From Squalus acanthias (Eukaryota), in the NCBI GenBank assembly GCA_030390025.1, contig CM059432.1, positions 2,604,001 through 2,668,000 of the forward strand: 64,000 nt of DNA, read 5' to 3'. The notes below the pieces were generated by a model. It was not told where the DNA came from and did no database searches. It saw only the letters and a list, made by a program, of their open reading frames with translations. Positions 1 to 14,034 of the stretch are shown in pieces. Both the position numbers and the translations under genes were made by a program. The stretch's first letter is position 1; each line of letters starts with the position of its first letter.

Positions 1-1034
1 TGTCCTCAAGTTTCTGGCATGGGACTTGAACCCATGACCTTTTGACTCAGAGGCGAAAATGCTGCCCACCGAGTCACGGTTTCCATTTCTGTTCCCTTTT
101 GAAAGCTGCTCGCCTGCAACATCCTCCAGTCTATGGGACGGCTCCACACCCAGGACAGCAACTCTTCTGTCCCCTCTGCAGATGCTGCCTGACCTGCTGA
201 ATGTTTCCAGCAGCTTCGGTTTCAGGATGGAGAGCTCTGCATTTATTTACCCCACGCGAAGCAGATAACATCGGGTGCACGGAGTAAAATAGAATAAGCA
301 ATCATTGTTAAACTTTTGAAGATAGCACTCTCAGATTACTGTGCAATTATCTGCCTGATGGAAGGAGTCTCAGCATCAAGCGCTCACTCCTTGGAGATTG
401 TAGGTGCAATGACATGAAGAACTTTGCCACAACAATCTTTTGCTCGACGATTTTGCGACTGGATTTGCTTCAACACTTCTTGCGGCGAGTCACAAAAAAT
501 GGCTCAAATCTGTCATTCTCGAAACTGGCCAAAAAATGCAAGAGGTTTGCAAATATCAAATCAAAAAAGAACAAACTTGTATTCTGCGTTGCCTCTTAAT
601 TTTTGTGTGCGCGCGGTCCCTTTAAATTTGCCGCGCATGCACGGTGTCTTCCAGCGGCAACTGCATGCGAGCGGCCCGCGTGGGACCTCCCGATTGTCGC
701 CCGTACACCCGAGGGGGACACACTGCTTGCATTTCTATAGCGCCTTCTACGACCACCGGACGTCCCAAAGCGCTTTACAGCCAATGAAGTACTTTTGAAG
801 TGTAGTCACTGTTGTAATGTAGGAAACGCGGCAGCCAATTTGCGCACAGCAAGCTCCCACAAACAGCAATGTGATAATGGCCAGATCATCTGTTTTTTAG
901 TGATATTGATTGAGGGATAAATATTGGCCCAGGACACCGGGGAGAACTCCCCTGCTCTTCTTCGAAATAGTGCCGTGTACGTCCACTTGAGAGAGCAAAC
1001 GGGGCCTTGGTTTTATGTCTCAGCCGAAAGACGG

Positions 1035-1512
1035 CACCTCTGACAGTGCAGCACTCCCTCAGCACTGCCCCTCCGACAGTGCAGCCCTCCCTCAGTACTG
1101 CCCCTCCGACAGTGCAGCACTCCCTCAGTACTGCCCCTCCGACAGTGCAGCACTCCCTCAGCACTGCCCCTCCGACAGTGCAGCACTCCCTCAGCACTGC
1201 CCCTCCGACAGTGCAGCACTCCCTCAGCACTGCCCCTCCGACAGTGCAGCACTCCCTCAGCACTGCCCCTCCGACAGTGCAGCACTCCCTCAGCACTGCC
1301 CCTCCGACAGTGCAGCACTCCCTCAGCACTGCCCCTCCGACAGTGCGGACCCTCCGACAGTGCAGCACTCCCTCAGCACTGCCCCTCTGACAGTGCAGCA
1401 CTCCCTCAGCACTGCCCCTCTGACAGTGCAGCACTCCCTCAGCACTGCCCCTCTGACAGTGCAGCACTCCCTCAGCACTGCCCCTCTGACAGTGCAGCAC
1501 TCCCTCAGTACT
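1035..1512. repeat. 33-bp minisatellite (about 14 copies) derived from a SINE segment
   Basis: Unit CCCTCCGACAGTGCAGCACTCCCTCAGCACTGC. Confidence 0.95.
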
Positions 1513-1519
1513 GGCACCG

Positions 1520-1990
1520 GGGGAGTGTCGGCCAGAATGATTCCCGGACTCCAAGGGTTAAGTTATGAGGAGAGATTACACAAACTAGGGATGTATTCCC
1601 TAGAATTTAGAAGGTTAAGGGGTGATCTGATCGAAGTTTTCAGGATATTCAGGGGAACAGATAGGGTAGAGAGAGAGAAACTATTTCCGCTGGTTTGGGA
1701 TTCTAGGACTAGGGGGCATAGTCTAAAAATTAGAGCCAGACCTTTCAGGAGTGAAATTAGGAAACACTTCTACACACAAAGGGTGGTAAAAGTTTGGAAC
1801 TCTTCCGCAAACGGCAATTGATGTTATATCAATTGTTAATTTTAAATGAGATTGATAGATTTCTGTTAACCAAAGGCATTAAGGGATATGGGCAAAGACG
1901 GGTATGTGGAGTTAGGTCGCAGATCAGCCATGATCTCATTGAATGGCAGAACAGGCTGGAGGGGCTGAATGGCCTCCTCCTGTTCCTATG
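1520..1990 (+). mobile_element. CR1 3' fragment, representative of many (about 3185-3695, 4045-4660, 5600-6025, 20400-20790, 31065-31345, 32545-33370, 51890-52230, 53270-54730, 55095-55780, 59175-59860)
   Basis: MIPGLQGLSYEERL...RRLRGDLIEVF...RTRGHSLK...WNS and the conserved GGGCTGAATGGCCT...TCCT 3' UTR. Confidence 0.85.
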
Positions 1991-2363
1991 TACAGAGACA
2001 GAGACAGGCCTGTTCCTTTGTTCCTGTGGATTATGTGCTCAAGTCTCTGGAGCGGGACTTGAACCCACAACCTTCTGACTCTAAGATTTAGAACAGTGTT
2101 TTTTTTAAAACAAAGTATTGTTAGCAACACCTGCCTACTGGCTATTTAGTATAACTACTGTAACAGAAATTAGAGGTGGAACATTAATTATTGTCCTAAA
2201 ACTCAAGTAAAATTTGCACACATTATACAAAATGGGGAATTAAATAAGTTGAGTGCTCATCAATATTTCTTTGTGAAGCATTTCAAGTAAAGAATGACAT
2301 TTTTTTCAAGGAAATATTAAATTATATTAGTATATAATTTGAGGCAAATACAAGTCAACAATA

Positions 2364-2795
2364 CAGGAAACTTTCGTTTATCCGGCATCGACGGGACCGG
2401 CGTGGTGCCGGTTTATCGAAAGTACCGGATAACAGAGAGTTATATCTACCGAGGCTATTTTTAACAAAGAGACTCCAAGCAGCACGGGAGAATCTACTCA
2501 TGCTACTGCAATGTTTCGGACTTGCGACAGCGCCAGGAGGCCGAGTAGTGGCACTTTTGAAAAGTACCCCTAATGACTAAATCGGCGTTCGCGGACTCGG
2601 ACTCGGGACTCGGACTCGGGATCGGCAACATTGCCGGTTATTTGAGAGGATTTTTCGGAGCACTCGGCGTTCGCGGAGACTCGACTGCGACTCGGCAACA
2701 TTGCCGGTTATTTGAGAGGAGTTTTCGGAGGATGATTTTTGCCGGTTAAGCGAGAATTCCGGATATTTGGGTGCCGGATAAACGAAAGTTTCCTG
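2364..2795. mobile_element. Tc1/mariner (pogo/Tigger-like) MITE
   Basis: 24-bp TIR CAGGAAACTTTCGTTTATCCGGCA with TA on both sides; no ORF. Confidence 0.85.
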
Positions 2796-3751
2796 TACTA
2801 AGAATTTACAGAGAAATGAGGGAGTTAATATATACCTAATCTCAAAGGTATCTCACCAAATGACAGTTAAATTCAGTGAGACTAACAGCTGTGTTCACTT
2901 ATTGCAATTAAACTTTCTAGCCTTTATGGGACAGACCAGCTTAAGTACAACACCATCTAACAGCAAAATAATACATTGCCTACGATCCTTCATCGTCGCT
3001 GGGTCAAAATCCTGGAACTCCCTCCCTAACAGCACTGTGGGAGTACCTTCACCTGTTCAATCTTTCATGTGTGTTTTTTGCTTTCCGTATCTTTATTGTT
3101 TCGCACTGTGTCTTCACACGGGATGAATAAGCATTTGCAATTTTACCTACTTTTCCAAAGTAGATTCAATAACCAAGAGTTCAAAGAATCACAGAAATTT
3201 ACAGCACGAGGTGGCCATTCGGCCCAATGTGTCCGTGCCGGCCGAAAAAGAGCTCTCCAGCCTAATCCCACTCTTGGTCCGTGGCCCTGTAGGTTGCGGT
3301 ACTTTAAATGCGTTTCCTGTACTTTTTAAAATGTGATGAGGGTTTCTGCCTCTACCACCCTTTCAGGCAGTGAGTTTCAGACCCCCCACCATCCTCTAGG
3401 TGAAAGAGGTTCTCCTCAACTCCTCTCTAAACCTTCAACCAATTACTTTAAATCTCTGCCCCCTGGTTATTGACCTCTCTGCTAAGGGAAATAGGTCCTT
3501 CCTATCCACTCTATCTAGGCCCCTCATAATTTTATACACCGCAATTAAATCTCCCCTCAGCCTCCTCTGTTCCGAAGAAAACAGACCCAGCCTATCCAGT
3601 CTTTCCGCATAGCTAAAATTCTCTACTCCCGGCAACATCCTGGTAAGTCTCCTCTGTACCCTCTCTAGGGCAATCACACCTTTCCTGTACTGTGGCCAGG
3701 CAACAGTTTACTGACAAATTGTCAAATCACAAAGCAGAAAGATCAACTTAC

Positions 3752-3828
3752 TGGGAGCATTCGGCAGTTTTCCCTTTGCTCTGGTAGTCCATTATGCATT
3801 GGATAAGCTGGTTGTTTTCATCCAGTAA
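3752..3828 (-). CDS. SS18: SS18 (BAF complex subunit) coding exon 2, SNH domain
   Basis: Minus strand reads ttctgttag|TTACTGGATGAAAAC...TGCTCCCA|gtaagt = LLDENNQLIQCIMDYQSKGKTAECS(Q). 77 nt with AG/GT boundaries; matches the SS18/SS18L1 SNH domain. Confidence 0.93.
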
Positions 3829-6719
3829 CTAACAGAATAGATAAGAGGAGTTCAGTGAGACAGGCATAACTTAGCTAGTGTTTACACAGCTGCTGCACAT
3901 CAACATGTTCACCGTTCTAAAGTCTCGCCTCGGTGGTATGAGCGTTGTTTTAAACTGATTGAACTGTTCCATCAAGGTATCAGATACATCCTTGCATACG
4001 GAGGTCCCTCCACACTAATGGTGCTATCGAATGAAAGTGACCAGATGGTTGGAGTATAAGAGTAAGGAAGTCTTGCTACAATTGTACAGGGCTCTGGTGA
4101 GACCACACCTGGAGTACTGTGCACAGTTTCGGTCTCCTTATCTGAGGAAGGATATACTTGCCTTGGAGGCGGTGCAACGAAGGTTCACCAGACTGGTTCC
4201 TGGGATGAGAGGGTTGTCCTATGAGGAGATTGAGTAGAATGGGCCTGTACGCTCTGGAGTTTAGAAGAATGAGAGGTGATCTCATTGAAACATAAAAAAT
4301 TCCAAGGGGGATTGACAGGGTAGATGCTGAGAGGCTGTTTCCCCAGGTTGGAGAGTCTAGAACCAGGGGTCACAGTCTCAGGATAAGGGGTCGGCCATTT
4401 AAGACTGAGATGAGGAGGAATTTCTTCACTCAGTGGGTGGTGAATCTTTGAAATTCTCTACCCCAGAGGGCCGTGGATGCTGAGTCGTTGAGTATATTCA
4501 AGGCTGAGATCAATAGATTTTTGGACTCTCGGGGAATCAAGGGATATGGGGATCAGGCGGGAAAGTGGAGTTGAGGTCGAAGATCAGCCTTGATCTTATT
4601 AAATGGCGGAGGAAGCTCGAGGGGCCAAATGGCCGACTCCTGCTCCTAATTCTTAGGTTCTTATGGTTGGATTTGCATCATGCGCATCACCCACCCAGTT
4701 TTGTCACATCAGTGTGTAACATGTTGAACTCTGCCCCTGCTAAAGAGAGAAGGAACTGTGAAGATACAACATATATGATAGCGGAGAGGTACCAGAGTGG
4801 ATCTTTTTATTCCACCACTGTATTGTATTCGTACTGTATCCATCATCAGCAGTCAGTCCTGGAAACAGCACTGATGCAGTTAATATTTCAATTGAATTAA
4901 TCCTTAACAAAAGCATTAATGTATCATTCAGCTTGTCTTAGAAAAAGGGGAAATGCTGCAACAAGTCATAACAACTTGCATTTATACAGCACCTTTAACG
5001 TAGTAAAACGTCCCAAGACACTGCACAGGAGCGATTATCAGACAAAATTTGACACCGAGCCACATAAGGAGATATTAGGGCAGGTGACCAAAAGCTTGGT
5101 CAAAGAGGTTTTAAGGAGCGTCTTAAAGGAAGAGAGAGAGGCGGAGAGGTTTAGGGAGGGAATTCCAGAGCTTAGGGCCCAGGCAGCTGAAGGCACGGCC
5201 GCCAATGGTGGAGCGATTAAAATCGGGGATGTGCAAGAGGCCAGAATTGGAGGAGAGCAGATATCTCGAGAGGGTTGTGGGGCTGGAGGAGATTACAGAG
5301 ATAGGGAGGGGCGAGGCCATGGAGGGATTTGAAAACAAGGATGACAATTCTAATTAAGGATCAGATGTTGCCAGAGAACAGAAGGAACAATGAAGAGTTT
5401 GAACTGGGTACCAAGGGCTGAGTAGGATAGACACAAATGGAAGCTGTACAGTCTACTTTGTTTTGTAAATAAATGGAACACAAAAAAGCAGGGAATGCTG
5501 GAGGTGCACAGCATCTGTAGAGGGAATGGACAGGTTCATGATTTGACCTGAAACATGAAACTGTCTTTTCTTCACACATGCTGACCTACCTTTGCAAGGA
5601 TTTACAACACGATACCAAGACTGAGAGGTTATAGCTACCAGGAAAGACTCAACAGGCTGGGGCTCTTTTCTCTAGAACAGAGGGGTTACCTGACAGAGGT
5701 CATCAAAATTATGAAAGGTTTTGATAGGGTAGATGTAGAGAGGATGTCTCCACTTGTGGGGGAGACTAGAACTAGGGGCCATAAACAGAAGATCGTCACG
5801 AATAAATCCAATCGGGAATTCAGGAGAAACTTCTTTACCCAAAGAGTGGTGAGAATGTGGAACTTGCATCCAGGTCGCACTACCGAATGCATCCATCCAG
5901 TTGTTCGAGGGTATGGGGATCAGGCAGGAAAGTGGAGTTGAGGTCGAAGATCAGCCATGACCTTATTGAATGGCGGAGCAGGCTCGAGGGGCTGAATGGC
6001 CGACTCCTGCTCCTAATTCTTATGTTTGGGTCGGTCACTAAACGTCCTCAGTGGCAGTCTGGAATGACCCAGGAAATAGACGCTAAGGGTGGTTGTTACC
6101 TTAACAGCCACTGGAATAGTGCTGTGTCCAGCGGGGGCGGGAGGCAGTTCTGCCTTCACACACATGGCTCGAGTCTGAGACAGCTTCCTCGTGGAAGCAA
6201 AGCCTCCAAGTCCACTGCTCCACAATCCAATGCTGGCAGGACTCTGCCATCTGGTGTGGGGGGTTGCGACTGGGCTGGTGCCTCGCACTTCTGGTGGAGC
6301 CTCAGCAACCCGGCCTTCCCCCATTGCTCCTCCGCCTCCTCTTTCACAATGGGAAACCCATTGCGTTCTGTCTGAAAAGGGGGTGGGGGGGGGGGGGGGG
6401 GGGAGGGGGGCGCAGCTAGGAACAGCACAAAGGCAAAGAGTTTTCTTTTTAAAACAGCACCGAGAAATTTAGATCTGGTCATTTCAAATTCTCTTCCACC
6501 TTCAATGCAGTGCCGAGCAACTGTGCCAGTTTTATCCTCCTGTCATTTCTAGTGTAAATGAAGATAGAATGCCAGAAAATGGGATGCGTGAATGAACCAC
6601 GTAATGGGCACCACCTTGGCACGGTGGGCAGTTCTGCAGGCCAACGGCAGGTGCAGAACTGGGCAAAGATCTGGTGTAACCCTCACCATTTCATTACGTG
6701 TTCAGCACAGCCACAGGCC

Positions 6720-9060
6720 ACTGGGCCCAACAGGGGCCGATGTTTTGTGCTCCACACGAGCCTCCTCCCACCCTACTAGCATATCCTTCTCATCCTTTCT
6801 CCCTCATGTGATTATCTCGCTTTCTCCCCCCCCCCGCCCTTAAATAGATCTGTGCCATTGGCCTCAACCACTCCCTGTGGTAGCGAGTTCCACATTCTCA
6901 CCACTCTCTGGGTAAAGACATTTCTCCTGGATTCCCTATTGGATTTATTAGTGACTATCTTATGTTGATGGCTCCTAGTTCTGGTCTCCCCACAAGTGGA
7001 AACGTCTTCTCTACGTCTACCCTATCAGACCCTTTCATAATCTTAAAAACCTCCATCAGGTCACCCCTCAGTCTTCTCTTTTCTATAGAAAAGAGCCAGA
7101 GCCTTTCCTGACAGTTGGGCCCTCTCAGCTCTGCTATCCTTGTACATCTTCTTTGCACCTTCTCCAGTGCCTCTATACCCTTTTTTGTAGCACGGAGACC
7201 AGAACTGTGCACAGTCCTCCAAACGTGGTCTAACCACGGTTCAATACAAGTTTAACGTAACTTCTCTGCTTTGAACTCAATTCCTGTAGAAATGAACCCC
7301 AGTGCTTGGTTTGCACTTTGTGGCTTTGATAACCTGCGTCACCACTTTTAGTGATTTGTGAATATGTACCCCTAGATCCCTCTGCTCCACTACCGCAATT
7401 AGACCTTTACTATCCAAGGAGTCGGAGGCCTCCTTATTCTTCCTTCCAAAATGCACCACCTCACATATATTGAAATTCATTTGCCATTTACATATCCATT
7501 CTGCAAGTTTATGAACTTCCTCCTGTATTTTATTGCAGTCCTCTTCTGCATCAACTACATCCTCCAATTTGGTGTCAATCAGGAATTTCAATCTTGTACT
7601 TATGATCCCAGAGTCCAAATCATTTGTGAATGGTGAACAACAGTGGTCCCAGCACCGGTCCCTGTGGAACATCACTTCCCACCTTCCACCAGTCTGTGTA
7701 ACTACCTTTAACCTGTACTCTGCTTTGTAGCCAACTTGCTATCCATTCTGCTACTTGTCCCGACTCCATATGCTCTGACCTTAGTCATGAGTTTACTACG
7801 CGGTATCTCATCGAAGGCCTTTTGAAAGTCCATGTATATCACATCCAGTGCATGACCCTTGTCTACTCTTTCTATACTTCTTCAAAAGAATTCAATAACA
7901 TTGGTTAAGCACGACCTTCTCTTTTGGAATCCGTGCGGTTTTACATTTTGTATTTCTTGATGTTTTTCTATTACATCTTTGAGTAAAGATTCCATTATCT
8001 TTCCTACCACCGACTTTAAGCTGCTGCTTCTTCTGCTAACTGGTCTATCGTTCCCTGGATTTGTTCCATCTCCTTTGAATATAGGAATCACATTAGCTGT
8101 CTGCCAGCCGTCTGGCACTATCCCCTTTTCTATTGAATTTTCATACACATTCTTCCCTCGCTTATTTGAGTATACGCGGATGCAATCCATCCATACCAGG
8201 GGCTTTATCCTCTCTTAAGTTGGATTAGTTTATCAATTAGCTCCCTCCTTCGTATCTTCAATGTCTTGATATCTCTAATATCATGTCGACTTTCTGGTAA
8301 ATACGGAGGCAAAGTAACTATTTAATATTTCTGCCATTTTGCTGTCATTACTTGAGAGTTTATCTTGCACATCCCTTAGTGGCCCTATCCCTATCTTAAT
8401 TTTCCTTTTGTTATTTATGTGTCGAAAGAATAATTTATTTATTTTAATTTAATTTCATAATTCCTCTTTGTCTTCCTATTTTTTTTTAAACTTCTTTCCG
8501 AAGCTCTTCCTCCGTCCTCTCCTTTATTGTCTCGGCCTTTTCCTTTAGATTCAAATTTACCCACATCTCTTCAGTGATCGAGGTCTCAATATTGGCCAGT
8601 TTTTTTTTTAAGCTAAATACATTTCTCCTGAACTATAACGATCACTTTTTAAAATATTTCCATCTGCAGTTCTCTCTCTGTTTGGCAAAATATTGTCAGT
8701 TTATCTTCCCTAGTTCCATCTGCATCTCCTCTTAATTAATTAGCTTTTCTTTCCAATCTATTACCTTAGTCTTCATCTTACCTATGTCTCTCTCAATCAT
8801 TATCTTATGTTGTGATCACTATTGTCTAGATGCTCCCCTATGCTTACTTCTCTTCGCTGCTCTGGTTAATTTCCCATTACTTAAGCCAGCAGTGATTTCA
8901 CTCTTGTCGGGCTTCTTAGGCACCTGGTAAGAAAGGAGAGCTGTAAAACAGTAAAAACTCCATCCCCTTTTCACTCCCTGTACTTTGCGGTTAAGGTTTT
9001 GTTGGGGGGGGGTAGTTGAAATCTCCCATGATTATTCTATATCTTTTACTCATTTCATAC
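6720..9060 (-). mobile_element. Degenerate CR1 ORF2 (RT to 3' end)
   Basis: Fragmented ORFs WQTANVIPIFK, HGFQKRRSCLTN, QRDLGVHIH, RRLRGDL. Confidence 0.8.
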
Positions 9061-9172
9061 ATTTGTCTACTTATTGCAGTATTTAACAACCAATCCTGTT
9101 CTTTACGCAGCTATGATTTCAGTTATCCCTGCTAAATCGGGTTCCTCTCTACGATTTCCCCACTGCCACGAC

Positions 9173-9316
9173 CAATGTTCCCTTTAAACTGTGCGGCGCT
9201 CCGGAGCTCCCGCGCAACCGGCTCACCGGGCTTTTAAATGTGCGGATTTTTGAATGGGCCGCGTAGCCCATTAAAGGGGTCGCGTGGCTGCAAAAAAAAA
9301 TTAAGAGGGAACATTG
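9173..9316. mobile_element. hAT-type MITE
   Basis: TIR CAATGTTCCCT; 8-bp TSD GCCACGAC/GCCAGGAC. Confidence 0.75.
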
Positions 9317-10097
9317 GCCAGGACCCAATTACTCCCCTCTTATCGGTTTCCCATTTTCCCTCGAAGTTGTCTCCACTTTTGGCTTGTTAAAGTGTTGGGA
9401 GGTCTTTCTCCACAGGGAGAAGTACTAAAAGCAACTTCAGTTGTTTCATGACATGATCAAGTCGGACTCAACTTGCAAACCCGCTTGAATACTTGGGAGT
9501 TGAGTTAGTTTTAAGAAAGACACGCCAGTCACATTTTGAAACTGTAAGCACAGTTAGCAGGACCAGTTATAAACGGGTAAAATAATCTCATCAAATCCAG
9601 TACCAGATTCCCACCAGTAGACATCGCTAGAAATTTTCAGTACACTTTTTAAAAAAATACTATATCTAGCACTAAAAACGGAAGTGGGAACTGGTGATAC
9701 ATTTCATCTCGGAATCCCCCCTCCCCCCTAAAAAAAAGTCGAAAAACCTTGAATTATGAAAGAAGCCTTACAATAAAATTGGTGAAATTCCCACTCGCCA
9801 TTTGTTACTCGCCAAAGATTGCATTCAAAACTTTTAAAGAAAGTGGATTTAAAAGAAAACGTTAAACACACAAACTACTCTACAATAAACGAGATCAAAA
9901 GTTAAATAAGGATAAAGAATTCAAATCCACCGAGCCATTGTAAAACCTAAAACTGGTGGCGGATTAAAAGTTATCTGCAAGTTCTGTTACCTACAGAATA
10001 ATCGCGCCTGTAGTTTTGCTAGAGAGAGGTTGCAGTTTGAGAAAGGCTAGAAAGCCCCCAAGCGTTGTAGCACACAGAGAGAAAGAAAAAAAATGTT

Positions 10098-10140
10098 CTA
10101 CAACAGCTCAGAGACCTCTCTCTCATCATGGCCGCTGTAG
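10098..10140 (-). other. Candidate box C/D-type kink-turn hairpin in SS18 intron 1 (sense strand)
   Basis: CUACAGCGGC-CAU-GA-UGAGA-GAGAGG-UCUCU-GA-GCUGUUGUAG: 10-bp C-stem, 3-nt bulge, tandem G.A pairs, U.U pair plus 4-bp NC stem. Confidence 0.5.
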
Positions 10141-10375
10141 CAACCTCTCTCTCTTTGTACAAAGAATACATTCAGTGTAAAGGAACCAAAAATAATTTTT
10201 AATATCTGCAAACATAGAGGGAAAAAGAGATATTTTTCCCCTGCTTAAGCTTAACATTTGCGAAAGAGAAGGCAGCTTTAATAAGACACACAGACACAAA
10301 AAGAATTCATCTGCAGGCCCCTGGCCAGCACCACGTCTGTTACAGCGCTGCCGCTACATTGTAACGCTCTGAGCG

Positions 10376-10623
10376 GATACATTGCACGAACGTTCCAATT
10401 CACGCAGTTACACTGTATGAGCGTTCCAATTCACGCAGTTACACTGTATGAACGTTCCATTCACTCGGATACATTGTACGAACGTTCCAATTCACGCAGT
10501 TACACTGTACGAACGTTCCAATTCACGCAGTTACACTGTATGAACGTTCCATTCACTCGGATACATTGTACGAACGTTCCATTCAGGCAGTTACATTGTC
10601 ACAACATTCCATTCACTCGATAC
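10376..10623. repeat. 30/31-bp minisatellite (about 8 copies) at the start of SS18 intron 1
   Basis: Unit approximately TACACTGTATGAACGTTCCAATTCACGCAGT; CGTTCC recurs at 10391, 10422, 10453, 10483, 10514, 10545 and 10575. Confidence 0.9.
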
Positions 10624-10628
10624 TTTAC

Positions 10629-10697
10629 CTTCTGAATGGCGGCAGGTGTAATTTCACCTTTCCCGCGCTGCCGCGGAGTAGCAAATGCAACTGACAT
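10629..10697 (-). CDS. SS18: SS18 coding exon 1
   Basis: ATG...AAG|gtaaag encodes MSVAFATPRQRGKGEITPAAIQK, nearly identical to human SS18 (MSVAFAAPRQRGKGEITPAAIQK) and unlike SS18L1. Phase 0, compatible with exon 2. Confidence 0.95.
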
Positions 10698-11914
10698 CGT
10701 GTGCTTTCTCGGTGTGTGTGTGCAGGGGATTTTTTTTTCTCCCACTTCTCTTATTTTCTCCCCCTTTCCCTCCACACACACACACAATTCAGCAGAACAC
10801 AAATATGTATTAACTCCTCCTCCTTTGACACAGGCAATGCTTTTACATAAAGAGAGAGAAAAAAAACTGGATTTCCTGCCAAACTCTCCAGTGTAGTTGC
10901 AACAGTGCTGAGAGGAGAGGGGGAGGGGAGATGGCTCCCCCCCCCAGCAAAAGGGGGTGTGGAATCCTAACTGGGCTCTGGGAAGAAGTTGTAAGCAGGT
11001 TTATAGCAACAGAAAGAAGAGAGAAGAAGTGCATGCATTGTTAGAATTCATGCATTTTTACTGACTGGGAAGATGGACTGCTGTTTGGGTGTTATTTATT
11101 GCAAATCAGAAAACTGGGATCTCCCCATCAGTGAATGAATAGTTCCTGTTAAACTCTCCCAGTGTGGGAGAGTCGGAGAATTCAATTGAGAATTGGGGGA
11201 TGCTCTTAGAAACAATACTTGGAAAATGCAAACTAGCAAATAAAGTTAGGATATACTGCAATATCCAAATGCAGAAGTAACATATCTCTGTTTATTTTTT
11301 AAAGCAATAAACTAAACCATTCGGCCCCGTGTAGTTTTTTTCTCTGATATTAAGTGTTCCCCCTTCATAACTCACCCAGTGGTTTATTGCCCTTAGTTTA
11401 GCAACCAGAACTTGGAACAGTTCAAATGAAGAAGACGGGAACACCTAGCCATGGACACAATAATTCAATTAACTGGCGTGTCTTTGGGAATTTCAAACAA
11501 TGAGTTCTTATTTTATTCCATTATCTGCGGAGCGTTAAATCAATGGTGGCAATTTAGTGCCATACTGTCCTCTATTTATGAACCGTCTGCCTATCAATCC
11601 CCCCTCTCTGTGCTGTGGTTCCTTCCAGCCCAAAGCCAGGCTGCCCCCTGGAACAAACCAAGGCAAATAGTCAGCGGGGGGTGAAGGGTTCACAAGCTGA
11701 AAGGAGTAAAATATCCACACATATGCAAACTTGTGAGGGGCGGCGCAAATTAATGGAATAGATTTTAAAAATATAGATACAGCTCTATCGGAAACTTGGC
11801 CTTCAATGGTTGTATTCTGGCTGACATTGAATGATTGTACTGTGTGTCCTCCCCTCCCTCAGTCTGTGAATGGTGAAGCTCGCTCTCCCCAGCCCAGCAA
11901 AACAAAAGCCTCGG

Positions 11915-14030
<2,116 letters not shown>

Positions 14031-14034
14031 GAAA

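Noticed and set aside
1..3751. SS18 exon 3 (YQQxLHxNLVYLATIAD)
   Set aside because: Not found by eye on the minus strand; it probably lies beyond the left edge.
10098..10140. Box C/D snoRNA or SECIS element
   Set aside because: Only 11 nt separate the boxes, so there is no guide region; it lacks the long helix II and AA loop of a SECIS, and it is not in a 3' UTR.
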